From assembly GCF_009914755.1 (NCBI RefSeq), contig NC_060927.1: DNA of 64,000 nt. One strand, given 5' to 3'. Made by a program: the position numbers and the translations under genes. The DNA is from the human T2T-CHM13v2.0 reference genome, Homo sapiens. Positions 60,408-64,000 of the stretch are shown here, one piece after another (the first letter of the stretch is position 1; every line of letters starts with the position of its first letter). The notes beneath the pieces are model-generated. The model was not told where the DNA came from and did not search any database. It saw nothing but the letters and a program-made list of their open reading frames with translations.

Positions 60408-63400
60408 TCTCTCTTTTTTTTATTTCCAACTTTTATTTTAAGTTCAGGGGTACATGTGCAGGATGTGCAGGTGTGTTATATAGGTAAATGTGTGCCATGG
60501 TGGTTTGCGCGCAGATCATCCCATCACCCAGGTATCAAGCCCAGCATCCACTAGCTATTTTTCCTGATCCTTTCCCACCCCTTGCCCTCCCACAGGCCCC
60601 AGTGCATGTTGTTCCCTACCATGTGTTCATGTGTTCTCATCATTTAGCTCCCACTTATAAGTGAGAACATAGGTATTTCATTTTCTGTTCCTGCATTAGT
60701 TTGCTAAGGATAATGGCCTTCAGCTCCATCCATGTCCCTGCAAAGGACATGATCTTCTTCCTTTTTATGGCTGCATAGAATTCCATGGTGTATATGTACC
60801 ACATTTTCTTTACCCAGTCTATCACTGATGGACATTTAGGTTGATTCCATGTCTTTGCTGTTGTGAATAGTGCTCCAGTGAACATGTGTCTTAATAATAG
60901 AAAAATTTATATTCCTTTGGGTATATACCCAGTAATGGAATCACTGGGTTGAATGATATTTCTGTCTTCAGCTATTTGAAGAATCACCACACTATTTTCC
61001 ACAATGGCTGAGCTAATTCACACTCCTACCAACAGTGTATAAGCATTACTTTTTCTCCACAACCTCACCAGTACCTGCTATTTTTTAGCTTTTTAGTAAT
61101 AGCCATGACTGGTGTGAGATGGTATCTCATTGTGGTTTTTGATTTGCATTTCGCTAATAATCTGTGATGTTGAGCATTTTTTTCATGTTTGTTGGCTGCA
61201 TGTATGTCTTCTTTTGAAAAGTGTCTCTTCATGCCTTTTGCCCACTTTTTAATGGGGTTGTTTTTCTTTTGTAAATATGTTTAAGTACTTTGTAGAGTCT
61301 GGATAACAGACCTTTGTCAGATGGATAGATTTCAAAAATTTGTCCCATTCTGTAGGTTGTCTGTTTACTCTGTTGACAATTTCTTTTGCTGTGCAGAAGC
61401 TCTTTAGTTAATTAGATCCCATTTGTCTATTTTTGCTTTTGGCATCTTCCTCATGAACTCTTTACCCATGCCTATGTCTTGAATGGTATTACTAGGTTTT
61501 CTTCTAGGGTTTTTATAGTTTTGGGTTTTACATTTAAATCTTTAATCCAGCTTGAGTTGATTTTTTTGGTATATGGTGTAAGGAAGGGGTCCAGCTTCAA
61601 TCTTCTGCATATGGCTAGCCAGTTCTCCCAGCACCATTTATTGAACAGGGAATCATTTCCCCATTGTGTGTTTCTGTCAGCTTTGTTGAAGATCAGATGG
61701 TTATAGGTGTGTGGTCTCATTTCTGTGTTTTCTATTCTGTTAGATTGATCTATATGTCTGTTGTTGTCCAGTACCACATTGTTTTGGTTACTGTAGCCTT
61801 GTAGTATAGTTTGAAGTCAGGTAGCCTGATGCCTCCAGCTTTGTTCTTTTTGCTTATGATTGCCTTGTCTAATCGGCTCTTTTTTTGTTCCATATGAATT
61901 TTAAAACAGTTTTTCCTAATTCCGTGAAGAATGTCAATGGTAGTTTAATGAGAATAGCATTGAATCTATAAATTACTTTGGGTAGGATAGCCATTTTCAC
62001 GATATTGATTCCTTCTATCTGTATTAGTTCATTTTCATGCTGCTGAAAAGACATATTCGAGAATGGGCAATTTACAAAAGAAAGAAATTTAATGGAGAAC
62101 TCATAGTACCATGTGGCTAGGGATGCCTCTCAATCATGGCAGAAGGCAAGGAGAAGCAAATCAAATCTTACTTAGATGGTGGCAGGCAAAGAGAGCTTGT
62201 GCGGGGCAACTCCCATTTTTAAAACTATCAGATCTTGTGAGACCCATTCACTATCATGAGAAGAGCATGGGAAAGACCGGCCCCCATGAATCAATCATCT
62301 CCCACTGGGTCCATCCCACAACATGTGGGAATTATGGGAGCTATGAGATGAGATTTGGGTGGGACAAAGAGCCAAACCATATCACTATCCATGAGCATGG
62401 GATGTTTTTCCATCTGTTTGTGTCCTCTCTGATTTCTTTGAACAGTTATTTGTAGTTCTCCTTGAAGAGGTCCTTCACTTTCCTTGTTAGCTGTATTCCT
62501 AGTTATTTTATTCTTTTTGTAGCAATTGTGAATGGGAGTTCATTTGTGATTTGGCTCTCAGCTTGCCTATTGTTTGTGTATAGGAATACTAGTGATTTTT
62601 GCACAGTGATTTTGTATCCTGAGACTTTGTTGAAGTTGTTTATCAGTTTGAAAAGCCTTTGGGCTGAGATGACGGGGTTTTCTAGAGGTAGGATCATGTC
62701 ATCTGCAAACAAAGTTAATTTAGCTTCCTCTCTTCCTATTTAAATATGCTTTATTTCTTTCTCTTGGCTGATTGCCTTGGCTGGAACTTCCAATACTATG
62801 TTGAATAGGAGTAGTGAGACAGAGCAACCTTGTGTTGTGCTGGTTTTCAAGAAGAATGCTTCTAGCATTTGCCCATTCACTGTGATATTGGTTGTGGGTT
62901 TGTCATATATGACTTTTATTATTTTGAGGTATGTTCCATTAAAACCTAGTTTATTGAGAGTTTTTAAATGAAGGAATGTTGAATTTTATCTAAGGCCTTT
63001 TCTGCATTTATTGAGATAATCATGTGGTTTTTGTCTTTAAGTATGTGATGAATTATGTTTATTAATTTGTGTATGCTGAACGAGTCTTGCATCCCAGGGA
63101 TGAAGCCTACTTGATAATGGTGGATAAGCTTTTTGATGTGCTGCTGGATTTGGTTTTGCCAGTATTTTGTTTTCAATTTTTCAGAATAGTTTCAGTAGGA
63201 ATGATACCAGCTCTTCTTTGTACATCTGGTATAATTCAGCTGTGAATCTGCCTGGTCCTGGACTTTTTTGGTTGGTAGGCTATTTATTACTGACTCAATT
63301 TCAGAACTCATTATTGGTCTATTCATGGATTCAATTTCTTTCTGGTTCATTCTTGGGAGGGTGTATATGTCCAGCAATTTATTCATTTCTTCTAAATTTT

Positions 63401-64000
63401 CTATTTTATGTGCATAGGGATGTTTATAATATCCTCTGATAGTTGTTTTTATTTCTCTAGGGTCAGTGGTAATATCCCCCTTATCATTTCTGATTGTGTT
63501 TTTTGAATCTTCTCTCTTTTCTTCTTTGTTAGTCTAGCTAGTGGTCTATTTTATTAATTTTTCAAAAAATCAGTTCCTGGATTTGTTGATTTCTTGAAGG
63601 ATTTTTCATATCTCTACGAAGGAGATAGAAATATCTTTTGTATTTCTATCTCCTTCAGTTCAGCTCTAATCTTGGTTATTTCTTGCCTTCTGCTAGTTTG
63701 GGGTTTGTTTGCTCTTGATTCACTAGTTCTTTTAGTGATGTTAGGTTGTTATCTTGAGATCTTTCTAGCTTTTTGATGTGGGCATTTGGTGATATAAATT
63801 TCCCTCTTTTCACTGCTTTAGCTGAGTCTCAGAGATTCTGGTACTTTGTATCTTTGTTCTCACTGGTTTCAAAAAACCTTCTTGATTTCTACCTTAATTT
63901 CATTATTTACCCTAAATTCATTCAGGAGCAGGTTGTTCAATTTCCATGTAGTTGTATGGTTTTAAGTAAATTTCTTAATCTTGAGTTCTAATTTGATTGT
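60408..64000 (-). mobile_element. L1PA11-13-like element running off the window end, interrupted by THE1 and with an internal deletion near 63170
   Basis: 3' end ttttaagttcaggggtacatgtgcaggatgtgcagg...cagatcatcccatcacc, with multiple broken ORF2 peptides. Confidence 0.92.
62020..62384 (-). mobile_element. THE1A/B solo LTR (365 bp)
   Basis: Runs tgtattagt...gccaaaccatatca with perfect 5-bp TSD ctatc (62015-62019, 62385-62389). Confidence 0.93.

Overview
This is primate (hominoid, most likely human) genomic DNA, intergenic or deep-intronic, and I see no intact protein-coding gene, RNA gene or CRISPR array. It is dominated by interspersed repeats: 10 Alus, L1PA2/PA4/PA7-like/PA13-like and old L1M/HAL1 pieces, MaLR LTRs (MLT1B, MLT1C, MLT1A-like, THE1), DNA transposons (MER2, MER58A, MER81, MER5A, a Tigger relic), and L2/MIR/CR1 fragments. 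The only gene-derived feature is a near full-length processed pseudogene of ENOPH1 on the minus strand (~38971-40928), with an Alu inserted into its own target-site duplication. Nearly all ORFs in the supplied track are Alu/L1 read-throughs or chance ORFs. The most interesting signals are mechanistic fossils: (i) at least seven local tandem or dispersed duplications, some with fold-back templated junctions; (ii) two twin-primed 5'-inverted L1s and two candidate L1 3' transductions; (iii) a pseudogene lesion that may record a cryptic-donor splice isoform of ENOPH1. A few repeat-free blocks look like enhancers. I found no supportable new biological system. Subfamily names come from remembered diagnostic motifs and need RepeatMasker/Dfam confirmation.
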